A DNA stretch of 56,322 bases from an uncultured virus (IMG/VR IMGVR_UViG_2061766007_000564) (Duplodnaviria > Heunggongvirae > Uroviricota > Caudoviricetes): the IMG/VR virus record IMGVR_UViG_2061766007_000564. One strand, 5' to 3'. The first letter of the stretch is position 1. Every line of letters begins with the position of its first letter. The position numbers and the translations under genes are program-made. Below are positions 19,769-30,800 of this stretch, in pieces. The notes beneath the pieces were generated by a model. It ran no database searches and was not told the DNA's origin. It was given only the letters and a program-made list of their open reading frames with translations.

Positions 19769-20151
19769 ACGTTATGACAGTTCCCGGAAGCTACAAGGAC
19801 ATCCCGGGACATGAAGACCTCGCGCTGATGGTAGCGATGATGGACAAGAATGATTTCGCCGGGCTGCCCGCCTACGTCATGCGTGACGGAGATAAGGTGG
19901 TCGGAATCGGCATAGTGGACCCCGACGGGTACAGCCTCTATGCTAAACTATGGTGCATGGAAGTGGCTCCCGGCTACAGGAACAGGGGCTACGGCAGCAT
20001 GATACTGAGGAAGATTTTGCACGAGTACGACGACGTGAAGCTTGTGGCCAAGAGGGAAGCGTTCCCGTTCTATAAGCGTGCCGGGTTCGTGTTCGACAGG
20101 GGTGAGCCCGACCCGAAGTCCAACGTTGGATACATGGTAAGCAGGGCGTAA
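19756..20151 (+). CDS. GNAT acetyltransferase
   Basis: EVAPGYRNRGYGSMIL acetyl-CoA motif and AFPFYKRAGF. Confidence 0.85.
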   Translation: MATLDVMTVPGSYKDIPGHEDLALMVAMMDKNDFAGLPAYVMRDGDKVVGIGIVDPDGYSLYAKLWCMEVAPGYRNRGYGSMILRKILHEYDDVKLVAKREAFPFYKRAGFVFDRGEPDPKSNVGYMVSRA

Positions 20152-20155
20152 GGAT

Positions 20156-21151
20156 ATGTATATGCAGCTAGATGGAATAATGCCGGAAGACCCGGAACTG
20201 GCCGGTGCCCTTGAACAGGGGTACACCGAGGCGAAGAACTTCAACTTCAAGGACCCTTCACTGAAGGTGATGAATTTCACACATGACGACCTTGACGGCG
20301 CGGTCGCCGGCATTGTCATGAAGAACGTGTTCCCGGACGTGTCGGTGAGGCAGGTCAACTACAGGCCGGGGCCGAAGTACCAGTCGGCCGTCGACGAGCT
20401 CCGCAGCCTCGGGAAGCAGTATGACGTAATCGTGTTTACCGACTACTGCCCGGGCGAGATGGATACCGAGATGTACGACGCCCTCCACTTCGTGGGCAAG
20501 CCGTTCCTCGTAATCGACCACCACCAGAAGGCAAAGGACCACCCGGATGACCCTCTCGGCACTTACTACATCGACACCGGGAAGTGCGGTGCGCTCAACT
20601 GCCTGGACTACTTCAGCGACATGGCTGACCTTGAGCACCTCAGGTCACTCTGCGAGGTGACCAACGACCACGACATGTGGATTAGGAAGATGATTCCGCT
20701 GTCAGACAGGCTGAACAACCTGCTCTATATCCACGGGTTCCACAACTTCATTGACAAGTACATGAACGGTATGGAAGGGTACAGGCTCCCTCCGGACGAC
20801 GAGGAAATCATGGCCGACCACGACCAGAAGGTTACCGAGTATATCGAGACCTGCTACAAGAAGGAACTACCGCACAACGGGTGCTACATCGAGTGCGACA
20901 ACTACCTGAGCGATATATCAATCAGGCTAGGCGAGCGGTACGACTGGCTCGTCATGCGCAATCCGGTTGAATCCACGCCGGGCATGACCAAGATTTCCGT
21001 GAGGACGACCAGGAAGGATATCAACCTCGGCAAGACGATATCCGAGATGGGAATGGGAGGAGGCGGTCACCCCGGCGCGGCCGGCCAGGTCCTCCCGACG
21101 AAAGACCTGTGGCCGTTCCTCGAGGAACTGGCTAAAAGGCTGTTCGGATAA
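20156..21151 (+). CDS. DHH/DHHA1 phosphoesterase (NrnB/NrnA-like)
   Basis: THDDLDG, FTD, IDHH, D.HD.W, SVR and GGGHPGAAG motifs. Confidence 0.9.
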   Translation: MYMQLDGIMPEDPELAGALEQGYTEAKNFNFKDPSLKVMNFTHDDLDGAVAGIVMKNVFPDVSVRQVNYRPGPKYQSAVDELRSLGKQYDVIVFTDYCPGEMDTEMYDALHFVGKPFLVIDHHQKAKDHPDDPLGTYYIDTGKCGALNCLDYFSDMADLEHLRSLCEVTNDHDMWIRKMIPLSDRLNNLLYIHGFHNFIDKYMNGMEGYRLPPDDEEIMADHDQKVTEYIETCYKKELPHNGCYIECDNYLSDISIRLGERYDWLVMRNPVESTPGMTKISVRTTRKDINLGKTISEMGMGGGGHPGAAGQVLPTKDLWPFLEELAKRLFG

Positions 21152-21154
21152 CAG

Positions 21155-21183
21155 AAAAGAGCAGGCTCACGCCTGCTCTTCTT
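21155..21183. terminator. Bidirectional terminator
   Basis: AAAAGAGCAGGC-tcac-GCCTGCTCTT between convergent genes. Confidence 0.7.
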
Positions 21184-21547
21184 GGCTACACTCCATAGGG
21201 CCCTGTTGTTTCAGGAGACGCTTACGTTCCCGGTAGCCACGGTCGTAAGCCTGTTTTTTCGCCCGGTATTCCGGGTCGTTCTTGTGTTTCTCTCGGTATC
21301 TTCTGGCGGCTTCCCTGACATATTCCGGGTGAGCCTTCTTCCATTCGTCGGATGCCTTGCGCATCTTCTCGCGGTGCTCGGCATAGTATTCGGCTCCGTA
21401 TTCCGGGTGTTCCTTGTGCCAGCGCCTGGTTTTCTCGAGGTTGTTTCGCCGGACCGGGTCCTCCACCTCGCATATCGTAGCGCAAGGGCGCATCTTTGCC
21501 GCAATCAATGATTCCCAGTGCGGGACCTTATCATTCTCGGGTGCCAT
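21167..21547 (-). CDS. Hypothetical basic helical protein
   Basis: 126-aa ORF with (W/Y)xxxHPEY repeats. Confidence 0.6.
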   Translation of the reverse strand: MAPENDKVPHWESLIAAKMRPCATICEVEDPVRRNNLEKTRRWHKEHPEYGAEYYAEHREKMRKASDEWKKAHPEYVREAARRYREKHKNDPEYRAKKQAYDRGYRERKRLLKQQGPMECSQEEQA

Positions 21548-21566
21548 TTGCCTACCCCCTAACCCA

Positions 21567-21869
21567 CTAGTTCATCGATTCTTTCCTTTCACGTGCATTG
21601 CGGGCTCGTTCAACGGATGCGTGCCATGCGGTCATGCGGTGGCACTGGATGGTGAAGAGGAGCTTGCTGCGCTTTTCGGGGTCCATAGCCATGATGTTCT
21701 CGAATTCTGCCTTGATGCGCTGGCGGTTCTGCATATCGCGGATGAACTCCGGGTCGTTCCGGATTTCCACCAAGCGTTTACGGAATTTCTCGAACTGTTT
21801 CGGTGTCATTTGCGGTGCGTTACCGGATTCTGGGGTTTCGGTTACTGTTTCTTCGGATGTCATGTTCAT
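21567..21869 (-). CDS. Hypothetical protein
   Basis: 100-aa ORF with GAGG RBS and CTATATTTGG upstream (21897-21906, minus strand). Confidence 0.65.
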   Translation of the reverse strand: MNMTSEETVTETPESGNAPQMTPKQFEKFRKRLVEIRNDPEFIRDMQNRQRIKAEFENIMAMDPEKRSKLLFTIQCHRMTAWHASVERARNARERKESMN

Positions 21870-21921
21870 GTATGTACCTCGTATTACGGTCGTAGTCCAA
21901 ATATAGTAAAAAAGTAATCCC

Positions 21922-22476
21922 TTAGAGTTCCATCAGGGAGTCGATTTCTGAACTTTTTTCTTCGGGTTCTTCGGTCTCGGTTTCCTCGCCCAGGGCGGCG
22001 GCGAGTTCGTCGTCGGCGAACTTGGTGCCGGGTCCGCGGGTAGGGTTCCACGGCTTCTCCGCTTTCCGCTTTTCCCAACGGGTGTGGTGTTCGCATTCAA
22101 CGCTGGCTCCTATGTTGAACGACTCCAGCGTGCTCGGGTCCTCCAGGCACTCGAAGTTCCAGCCGGTGACCAGGTCATCGGGCGAGATGTCGTACTTGTG
22201 CAGGAGGCCGGGACTTACCTTGTTGTCTAGGAACGCCTTCAGGCCATCGGACAATACCGGGTGCATCCCGGACGGAAGACGGCGCAGCACCTTTGCGGCG
22301 TATTCGGACGCCATGATGTCGGTTGCGCCTAGAGTATGGAACAGTTCCCGTACTACTCCTATTACCTGTAGTTCCCCTATGGAGCTCGCCGGGATTTCCC
22401 GGGTACGGGAGAATATGGCGAGAACCGTGCTTATGAACACGCTGTTGGGGACGTTCATTCGGTCTATCAGTGACAT
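21922..22476 (-). CDS. Hypothetical protein (start MSLIDR at 22476)
   Basis: Shorter than the track ORF, which overlaps gp13. The ATG lies 4 nt after TATATTTG. Acidic C-terminal tail. Confidence 0.65.
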   Translation of the reverse strand: MSLIDRMNVPNSVFISTVLAIFSRTREIPASSIGELQVIGVVRELFHTLGATDIMASEYAAKVLRRLPSGMHPVLSDGLKAFLDNKVSPGLLHKYDISPDDLVTGWNFECLEDPSTLESFNIGASVECEHHTRWEKRKAEKPWNPTRGPGTKFADDELAAALGEETETEEPEEKSSEIDSLMEL

Positions 22477-22527
22477 ATGCCAAATATAGCAAAAAGAATA
22501 GATAAACTGTGCATAACGAGGTACCCA

Positions 22528-23283
22528 ATGAACGTACACTTCATAACTACTGACGACATGGCACGCTACATCATTTCCAGGATGGGTGGCCAGGTGAACG
22601 AAATCGAGATGGTCGTGGAGGAGCATCACGGTCTCGGCCACGTATACATGGCAATCAACGATACCGCGGATTACTTCTACCGTTACTGCTTCGACGAGTC
22701 GGCATACGTCGACTACATGCTCATCAGGCTCCAGCCCGGTGTAATCGAGTACCACGTGCCCGAGGAAGTGATGAACGTCGTTGAGCTGACGCCGTCTTAC
22801 GGCAACACGTTCAGCCCGATGATGGCATGGGACGTCGGTCCCGGTGAATCCCTAATCGGTGTCGGCGGTGCAGGCATGGGCGGTCTCGGCCAGTTCGACC
22901 TCGTTACTATGACCGGAGCCATGCGCTACCTGCAGGACGTGAAGAAGCTGGTGGGTACGCAGTACAACATCAAGCTGCACCCGATTGACCACCTCCTCCG
23001 TGTGTTCCCGACCCCGAAGACACCGAGGAACGCGATAGCGATGGTGTACACGAAGGCGAAGAAGTCCGAACTGTACAACAACGTCATTTTCCGCGACATG
23101 GCCGTGGCCAGGGCCCAGCAGCAGCTAGGCGATATTCTAAAGCGCGACGACTATGCCATTCCTGGTGGTGGCAAGATTAACGGTACGCTAATCTACACGG
23201 ATGCAACCGCCAAGTGGGACAAGCTGTTCGAACTGATGAAGCAGGAAGCCCCGGGCTCCTTCATGATGACGGACCTGAGTTAA
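22528..23283 (+). CDS. gp13: Neck protein, T4 gp13-like
   Basis: DMARYIISRMGGQVNEIEM..AINDTADYF N-terminus and IPGGGKINGTLIY C-terminus. ATAAACT at 22502-22508 and GAGG RBS. Confidence 0.82.
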   Translation: MNVHFITTDDMARYIISRMGGQVNEIEMVVEEHHGLGHVYMAINDTADYFYRYCFDESAYVDYMLIRLQPGVIEYHVPEEVMNVVELTPSYGNTFSPMMAWDVGPGESLIGVGGAGMGGLGQFDLVTMTGAMRYLQDVKKLVGTQYNIKLHPIDHLLRVFPTPKTPRNAIAMVYTKAKKSELYNNVIFRDMAVARAQQQLGDILKRDDYAIPGGGKINGTLIYTDATAKWDKLFELMKQEAPGSFMMTDLS

Positions 23284-23285
23284 CG

Positions 23286-23317
23286 GAAAATCCCGGGAAA
23301 ATCCCGGGATTTCTTTT
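23286..23317. terminator. Bidirectional terminator
   Basis: AAAATCCCGGGA-aaa-TCCCGGGATTT. Confidence 0.7.
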
Positions 23318-23987
23318 ATGCGAGGTTCGCTACGAGCAGGTTGAGCTCGTTGTGCTTTATGACATTGTCCTTGGTAATCTGGACGATGCGTCCGATTTCC
23401 CTGAATTTCTTTTGGAGGGCGACATAGCAGAGGAACGTTGCCCTTGCGTCCGCCAGTGAACTATGGGCCTTTTCGTTGGTTACTCCGAGCCTGGCGCACA
23501 TGCTGCCCAGATTTCGTGTGGGAGGGTGGTCCCAGTCCGGGCAGACGATTGAGTTGTAGGCTGCCGACAGGGTCATCAGGTCTACCTGGACGTTGATGTC
23601 CAGCCTGTGGAACGCCGGGTCCGGGATGTACCTGTGGAGGAACCCGCGGTCGAAGGCATAGTTCTGCCCAAGAATGCGGAACCGCCCGCCAGCCTGCTTT
23701 GCCTTGTCAAGAACATCGCAGATATTGGCTGCAACGTCGGTGGCGAGGTAGCCGTCACGTTCGAGCGACTCGAGGTCGAGCTGGTTTGTACGGATTGCCT
23801 CCGGGTCGATGACAACTCCCTGGAACTGGCTAGGTTTCAGGGTCCATTCGTTCTCGCTGACCGTGGTGTAGGTCAGCGTTGCCGGGTCAAGCGCATAGAC
23901 GCCGATGCCTACCGACAGCAGTGGGTTCTGGTCTGGGAAAAGGCCACCGGTTTCGGTGTCCACTGAAATGAAGGTCTGGATACTCAT
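23316..23987 (-). CDS. DEDDh 3'-5' exonuclease (DnaQ/epsilon-like)
   Basis: VDTETGG (ExoI), GQNYAFD (ExoII), HSSLADA (ExoIII). Confidence 0.9.
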   Translation of the reverse strand: MSIQTFISVDTETGGLFPDQNPLLSVGIGVYALDPATLTYTTVSENEWTLKPSQFQGVVIDPEAIRTNQLDLESLERDGYLATDVAANICDVLDKAKQAGGRFRILGQNYAFDRGFLHRYIPDPAFHRLDINVQVDLMTLSAAYNSIVCPDWDHPPTRNLGSMCARLGVTNEKAHSSLADARATFLCYVALQKKFREIGRIVQITKDNVIKHNELNLLVANLA

Positions 23988-24005
23988 GTACCCAAATATA
24001 GCAAA

Positions 24006-25022
24006 TTACCACTGGCCGAGCAGGGCGCCGCACGGCTGGTAGTTCGGGTCCCCGGATACGTCCTTGACACACTTGTCTACCTCGGGCGGCCTGAACAGCA
24101 CGTCGTCCTTGAGCGCCTGCAGGGTGTCCTTGTCGAGGGTGAGCGGGTTCCCGGTGCTGTCCGCCAGCGTAGCCGTGGCATCCCCGTCGGTCGCCTTCCC
24201 GAGGGATGTCGAGCCGAACAGGTTGTCGATGAAGTGCTGCTGCAGCGGGTCGTCCTTGACGTTCTGGGAGACGTTCTGGCCGTTGTCGGTTGCCACCTCG
24301 ATGTATGCCTTCCACCAGTACTTGTGCCACATGTACTCGTAGTCGGGAAGCTCGTCGGTGATGGACGAAATCTGGTACAGGATGTTGTTGTATTCCAGCT
24401 TCATGAAGTCGCCGGCCTTCGGGAATATCTGCGCGGCGGTGTAGCCGTGGTAGACGAACTGGGAATAGCCGCGCTGCGACCATTCGGGGTCGTGGAGACC
24501 CGGGTCGCACAGGGGCTCGATGCCGGCATCCCGGAGGCTCCGGTAGTTCCTCTCCAGGAACAGACCCATGTGGATGAAAACTTCGGTCTTGTCGGTGAAC
24601 TGGATGCCGAAACGCTTGTAGATTTCGTTCTGCGGGGTGAACGTGATTTTCGCCTTGAGGTCGAATACGCGGTCGATTGAACGTGCGTTGTCTTCCTTGG
24701 TCAGCGGGTTCGCCGACGTGTCGAATGTCGTGGTATAGTAAAGGAACCTGTCGCCGTGGTTGCGAATCCAGTCGTATGTCGTGTCCTTGTACTTCTTCTG
24801 CGCGTGGAAGGCGTTCTCGTTCCGGAAGAAGCTGCCGTAGCCAAGGCGGGTAGTCTGCTCGAAGTCCGGCTGGTTGTAGTGGGACAGCGGGGTACGGTCT
24901 ATGTATCCCTCGGCCTTGTCAGCCCATAGCGGCTTGGAGACGTTGGCCTGTACGCTGAACTCGGGAACCAGCACATGCCTGGCTCGTACGTAACCCTTGA
25001 TGTCTAGCGGCAATGATGGCAC
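24006..25022 (-). CDS. gp14: Neck/head-closure protein, T4 gp14-like
   Basis: NPLTKED..F..YKRFGIQFTD..FIHMGLF..PKAGD..ILYQI pattern. Minus-strand TATAAACTA at 25040-25048. Confidence 0.72.
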   Translation of the reverse strand: MPSLPLDIKGYVRARHVLVPEFSVQANVSKPLWADKAEGYIDRTPLSHYNQPDFEQTTRLGYGSFFRNENAFHAQKKYKDTTYDWIRNHGDRFLYYTTTFDTSANPLTKEDNARSIDRVFDLKAKITFTPQNEIYKRFGIQFTDKTEVFIHMGLFLERNYRSLRDAGIEPLCDPGLHDPEWSQRGYSQFVYHGYTAAQIFPKAGDFMKLEYNNILYQISSITDELPDYEYMWHKYWWKAYIEVATDNGQNVSQNVKDDPLQQHFIDNLFGSTSLGKATDGDATATLADSTGNPLTLDKDTLQALKDDVLFRPPEVDKCVKDVSGDPNYQPCGALLGQW

Positions 25023-25103
25023 GTTTTTACCTCTTGGTGTAGTTTATATGGCGACCCTGCCCCCGGGGGATATAAACTACCGATAATCGATGAGGATACC
25101 GAA

Positions 25104-27819
25104 ATGGCTTCTACCGCAGTCGCAAGAAAATACACAAATATCTCGTTTGATGACATCAAGCAGCACCTGATGGACATTGTCCGGGCCAAGGAAGGCCCTC
25201 TTGCCGACCTCGGCGACAGCGCCTACGGCAAGATGATGCTCGAGCTGTTCGCCGGCTACGGCGACCTGACAGCGAACTGGGTAGAATCCGCGTTCGAGAA
25301 CTCCTGGCTGGAAACGGCGTATGCCAAGCCGCCAATCTATGCCGGCGCCCGTTCCCTCGGGTACAGCATCCGCCGCCCGGTCCCGGCAAAGTGCTCCATC
25401 GGTATCCGCATAGCCGAAATCAGGGAACATTCCACGTTGAAGGTGTTCATCCCCAAGGGGACCGTGTTCAGCATGTCCGGCGCTACCCTCACTTCGATGG
25501 CGGACATGGAATTCGACTATGACTATGACATGGACGTGAACCAGACGGGCCTCATGGAGCTGACCAGCGGCACCAACGTGCTCGCCGAGGGGCAGGCCAA
25601 GAAGGAAGTACTCATCTCGAACGGCCGCCAGAACCAGGTATTCTACATTACCGACAGGACTTTCTCCGACTATTTCGGCGACAACGACCCGAACTTCTCC
25701 GACGACGGGAACGTGGCCCACCGCCCGGCATGCTTCACCAAGGTGACTTCAGACGCTACCCTGATTGACAACATCGACCCGGACGTGGTCATAGACGACA
25801 AGCTCTACTGGAGAATCTCCCGGAGGGGCCTGGAGGACCCCGGCCTTGACGAGACGCATGCCGAGGAGATGTCGGAAACGTCGGTTTCCCAGGGGAACTA
25901 CAGCAACAACTATACCGTCCTGGTCGAGACGGCAAACGACGGCACCGTTTCGCTCAGGTTCGGTGACGGGCTGAAGTCGGCAATCCCGTTCGGCAACATA
26001 GAGGTGACCTATTTCTCCACCAAGGGCGAGGCCGGCAACATGCTCGGCGTGTTCGGGACTGCCCTGTCCACTGCCGGCAGCGGCATAACTATTACCACCA
26101 AGGACGGCCAGGAAACCGAGACCACCCTCAACGACCTCAACATCTGCCTTACCTCGGATATCCGGGGAGGCCTCAATATCGAGTCAGCCGACTCAATCAA
26201 GAACAACGCGTCTTCCATCTTCAACACTCTCGACCGGCTCGTGAACAGGGAGGCATACAAGATTTTCCTCCGCCGCTACGCCGACGTTAAGTACGCCTCG
26301 GCCTATGGCGAGGACGTGCTCAACACCAAGCTGCCCAACGGCGGAATCAACGTGAAGTACATGAACCAGGTCAGGTTTACCGCCCTCAAGGACCTCTACA
26401 GGAAGAAGGACGGAAAGTACTACCCGACCGGCGAGGACGAGTACCTGTTGGAAGGATACAAGGTGAATGGCCTGATGTACAACTGGCTATACGATTTCCA
26501 GGACCCGTCGCAGCCTACTATTCCGGACGGGTCGCAGGTGTACGAGAATATCAGAAGGGACCTGCTCGCAACTCCCATCAGTNNNNNNNNNNCTGGAAGG
26601 ATACAAGGTGAACGGCCTGATGTACAACTGGCTCTACGATTTCCAGGACCCGTCGCAGCCTACTATTCCGGACGGGGCGCAGGTGTACGAGAATATCAGA
26701 AGGGACCTGCTCGCAACTCCCATCAGTGACAACGACGCCACGAGGATTCTGGACATCGTGAAGAAGTATATTCCGTCGGTAAACCTGGACGAGAGCGTGT
26801 TCTCCGCATTCATGACACCCCTGGACTTCGTGGTTACCGGGTCCGAGCTGTACAGCATCATGGTGGCGCTCAACCGCCGCGGAATGCTCACCGTCGGCGA
26901 CGGGTTCCATAACTACGTATATCCTTCCGTGCACAACATGGAAATCAAGATGGACGTGGTTCTGTTCAAGGGAAACAACTTCACCGATATCCGCGAGCGA
27001 ATCAAGAACATCGTGTACAAGTACCTGAAGGAGAATACCGAGTTCGGTACCCCGATTTACAGGTCCAAGATTGCGTCTCTCGTGCATAGCATGAAGGAAG
27101 TCGCCGGCGTCGACGTGTATTTCCGGCCGGCCGACAATGCGTTTACCGGAATCGACCTGTCCGCCTACGGGTGGATGGAGGACTCCACCTCGATGTTCTG
27201 CAACTGGGGAACCGCCCAGTTCAGCGGGATGAAGTACATGCTCCGCGTCGTGAGGAACGGTGTAGAGGAATACGTCGAGTGCGCCATGCGTGACCAGTCG
27301 GCCATGCAGAAGATGATTGCCGAGTACTACAACATGTACGTCGAGCCGTACGCGAACTCCGACAGCTCCCCGATTACCGACAGGCTCATCGACCGGTTCG
27401 TCGCGTTCATCTGGGACAAGGTGATGCAGGAAATCTACTATCCGCTGTCCGAACTGCTCGGCGAATCCTACAGTACAGGCGGAGAAGTCCTGAAGTACAA
27501 GGACATGCTACAGAGCATCAAGACTTGGGACATGGGGAAGGACAGCCTGACGTTCAAGGGTTACGGCAGCATTAAGGAAATGTCCGAGGTCAACGGGTCC
27601 GTCCTGTTCGACTACATGCGCTACGCCATGGACTACATCAAGCTGGTTCGCCGGGTACTGTGCTCCAAGTCCACCGCTTCCCTGATTAACAAGGAAACCG
27701 GCAACATTACCGAATACAGCAACGACAACGAGATTGTGCAGTTCAACATACCGAACGAGCTAATCGAGCTTTCCGTCGAACAGGCAACCTCACTTCTTAC
27801 CGGGACGGGCAATAACTGA
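25104..27819 (+). CDS. gp6: Baseplate wedge protein, T4 gp6-like (one duplicated piece at 26593)
   Basis: YTNISFDDIKQHL..LELFA..ARSLGY..LRFGDG..P.G..VTY.ST.G..GN..GG.NIES..SIK.NA..RLV..Y motifs. TATAAACTA at 25071-25079. Confidence 0.85.
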
Positions 27820-30800
27820 TGAATCCGATACCACTTAGTGAACGCGGGCAATTCCGCTATGCAGACTTCGTAGAATACATCCCGGAGTTCCTCTGGGAAG
27901 AACCGGACGTGGTTGAGCTACTCCAGGTGATGAGCGACTATATCAACGACGCGTACAGGAACATCGAGGACGTCGAGGAGTTCGAGTTCAAGCTGTGCGT
28001 CGCCGAGTCCAAGGTCGGAAAGGGAAGGAAGAAGCTCGAGCGGCTGCGCTCCATGTTCAACCTCGCTTCCGGACGCGGCGAACGCGTATATTACCTGTCG
28101 GTCCCCCGCGCCAACGTGAAGTCCAACGCCGTGTTCGGCAAGGGAACTGGCTACACCCCGTACTATGTCGACGTGGGGCTGCCCGAGGTCGCTGATACCA
28201 TACCGAACATATCGTCAGTGGACAAGAAGATAGAGGAGCTTTCCGACGGGGACGTGGTGTTCGTGAGATACACCTCGCTTGACCCGGTAGTCACCAAGGC
28301 ATACTATTATTCCAGCGAATCGCACTCACTGCTGCTCGAATCCGAAGGCACGACGCAGGACCCGTTCACCGATACCGACAACAGCGAATCCAGGATGATT
28401 TCGTTCAGCGTCAGCGACATTTCGTCGGTGAACAAGAGGTTCGGCGGCACGAGCGGCGGAAACACGTATTACGAGATTTTCTTCACTGCCAGGATAAGCG
28501 ACGTCAAGTCCGAGCGGGCAGTGGATACGGTGGAGTTCGAGGCGGACCAGGTCAACGATGTGAAGGATACCCTGGTGGTCGACTATTACGGCATGACCTA
28601 TGTGCCCGGAAACAAGTACTATACGACAATGTCATTCTACGGGGAAGACGGCTGGTCATGGAAGAGCGGATACCCGACGGGAATNNNNNNNNNNGGTGGA
28701 TACGGTGGAGTTCGAGGCAGACCAGGTCAACGACGTGAAGGATACCCTGGTGGTCGACTATTACGGCATGACCTATGTACCCAGCAACAAGTACTATACG
28801 ACAATGTCCTTCTACGGGGAAGACGGCTGGTCATGGAAGAGCGGATACCCGACGGGAATGTTCTACCTCAAGGAATCCAGCGGTGCCAGGCTAGACGCCG
28901 TAGGAGACGCCCTCGGGACGAACAGGGACCTGCTGGGGGACCCGGCAATAGTCAAGTCGTCTTCTAGGTACGCCATGTCGGCGGACGCCAGGTTCGACGC
29001 GCTGTCCGGCATGTGGGAGTTCGTGACTTCGTCGCCCCTTCCCCAGATGCCGGGAAGCAAGTTCTATGTCGTCGACGGCAAGACGGGCGAGCCGCACGGC
29101 GAGTTCGTGCTGATGCAGGATACTTCCATCGACGACCGGTTCGTGAGCAGGATGACGGCGTCCTGGTGCGACTCCGAATACGAGAGTACCGGAANNNNNN
29201 NNNNAGGTTCGTGAGCAGGATGACGGCGTCCTGGTGCGACTCTGAATACGAGAGTACCGGAATCATACCGATGGAGTCGGTGTTCCTCATGAACTTCCCG
29301 ATGTATTACGGGAAGGGTGTTCCGGACTATGCGCATTCCGAGACGCTTCTTACATGGAAATACGTGAGCGGCAGCATGAACATCGACTGGAAATCGGCCA
29401 GGATGAAGCGATTCGACGTGGACGGCAATGTAGTGAAGCTAGGCGAGCCGTTCATCCCGGAACTGGCCAGCGCCTATTCGTTCATCGCTCCGGCCGACAT
29501 ATACGGCGCACTGGAGAGGCATGACCCGAACAATCCACCGCTGTACGCCGGCGGGTCCCTCTGGGACGGCCTGGCGAAGCCGGTGTCGATTGCCCCGGTA
29601 GCCGACGGGAGGTACAAGTTCAAGATGAAGACGCAGCTGCATGCGGTGCAGGAACCGGTGCAGATGTATGCCGGGCTGATTGGCATGCTCACGGTCGACG
29701 GCGAAGGCCGCTGCACATGGTCGGACGAGCACAGCGTCCCCTACATCATGGAGTACCTGTATTCCCCGGACAGCCCGGACAGCCTCACCGGATACCTGGC
29801 GTGCTATGCGCCGGACGGCACGGTGCTGCCCCTCAGGGTGGTCGACATAGACCCGGCTACCCTTGAAGTCAAGACTGTCGACCCGATTGCCGAGGGTTCC
29901 TATGCATGCGCATTGATGAGGCAGGCCTCCGGCGGTCATGCGGAGAAATTCAAGGACGTATCCCGTTACGGTGAAGTCTACCTGCGCGGTGTACCGGACA
30001 GGCACTCGGGCGACGTATATACGCTCGGCACGTTCTACGTGACCGACGGCTCCGGGAACAGCGCATTCGTCGAGGTCGGCGACCCGGATTTCCCGGTGCT
30101 GCCGGTGTTGGCGGATACTACCTATACGAAGGGCGATGTCGTATACGATGGTGCCGACACCCTGTACGAGTGCATCAACAGCTATACGGCCGACGGGTCG
30201 GAAGACATATCCGCACGTCCGGAATTCCGGGTGGACCAGGTAAGGTGTCGCCGCATCGGGTATACCGAGATATATAATGCCTTCATCCCGTACTACGGGC
30301 AGGTAAAGGCGCTGGATTTCGGCGGCAAGGTCGAATATACCGGTGACATGGGAGTCACTACCATGCCGTTGTACATCACCAAGGTGGTGGAGAACCGCCT
30401 GAAGTATGGCTGGGAACACCGCGAGTTCCTCAACTACGGGACAATGATGAACATGAGCGGGCGGGACCGCAACGGCTCCGTCGACATATTCAGTTCCGCC
30501 AGGTCAGGCGACCCCGGCGCGTTCGAGACAGCCAAGGACGCCGTTACGACTACGCTCGACAGGAAGGTCAAGTGGGTAATCAACTATCCGGTCATCAAGC
30601 GCGGCGCGAATTCTTCCATGCCCGTCGACATCGACAACCTGGTCGCGGTCCCCGTGGAGGGAAATCTCGACAGGTGGACTGTAACCCTGCAGAGTGCCGG
30701 CCACGGGATGGTGGAAGGCGCTAGCGTATTGGTAAAGGGTTTCCCGGTAACACAGGAAGTCGACGTCAACGGGATTTACCGCCTGCACGTAATCGACGGG

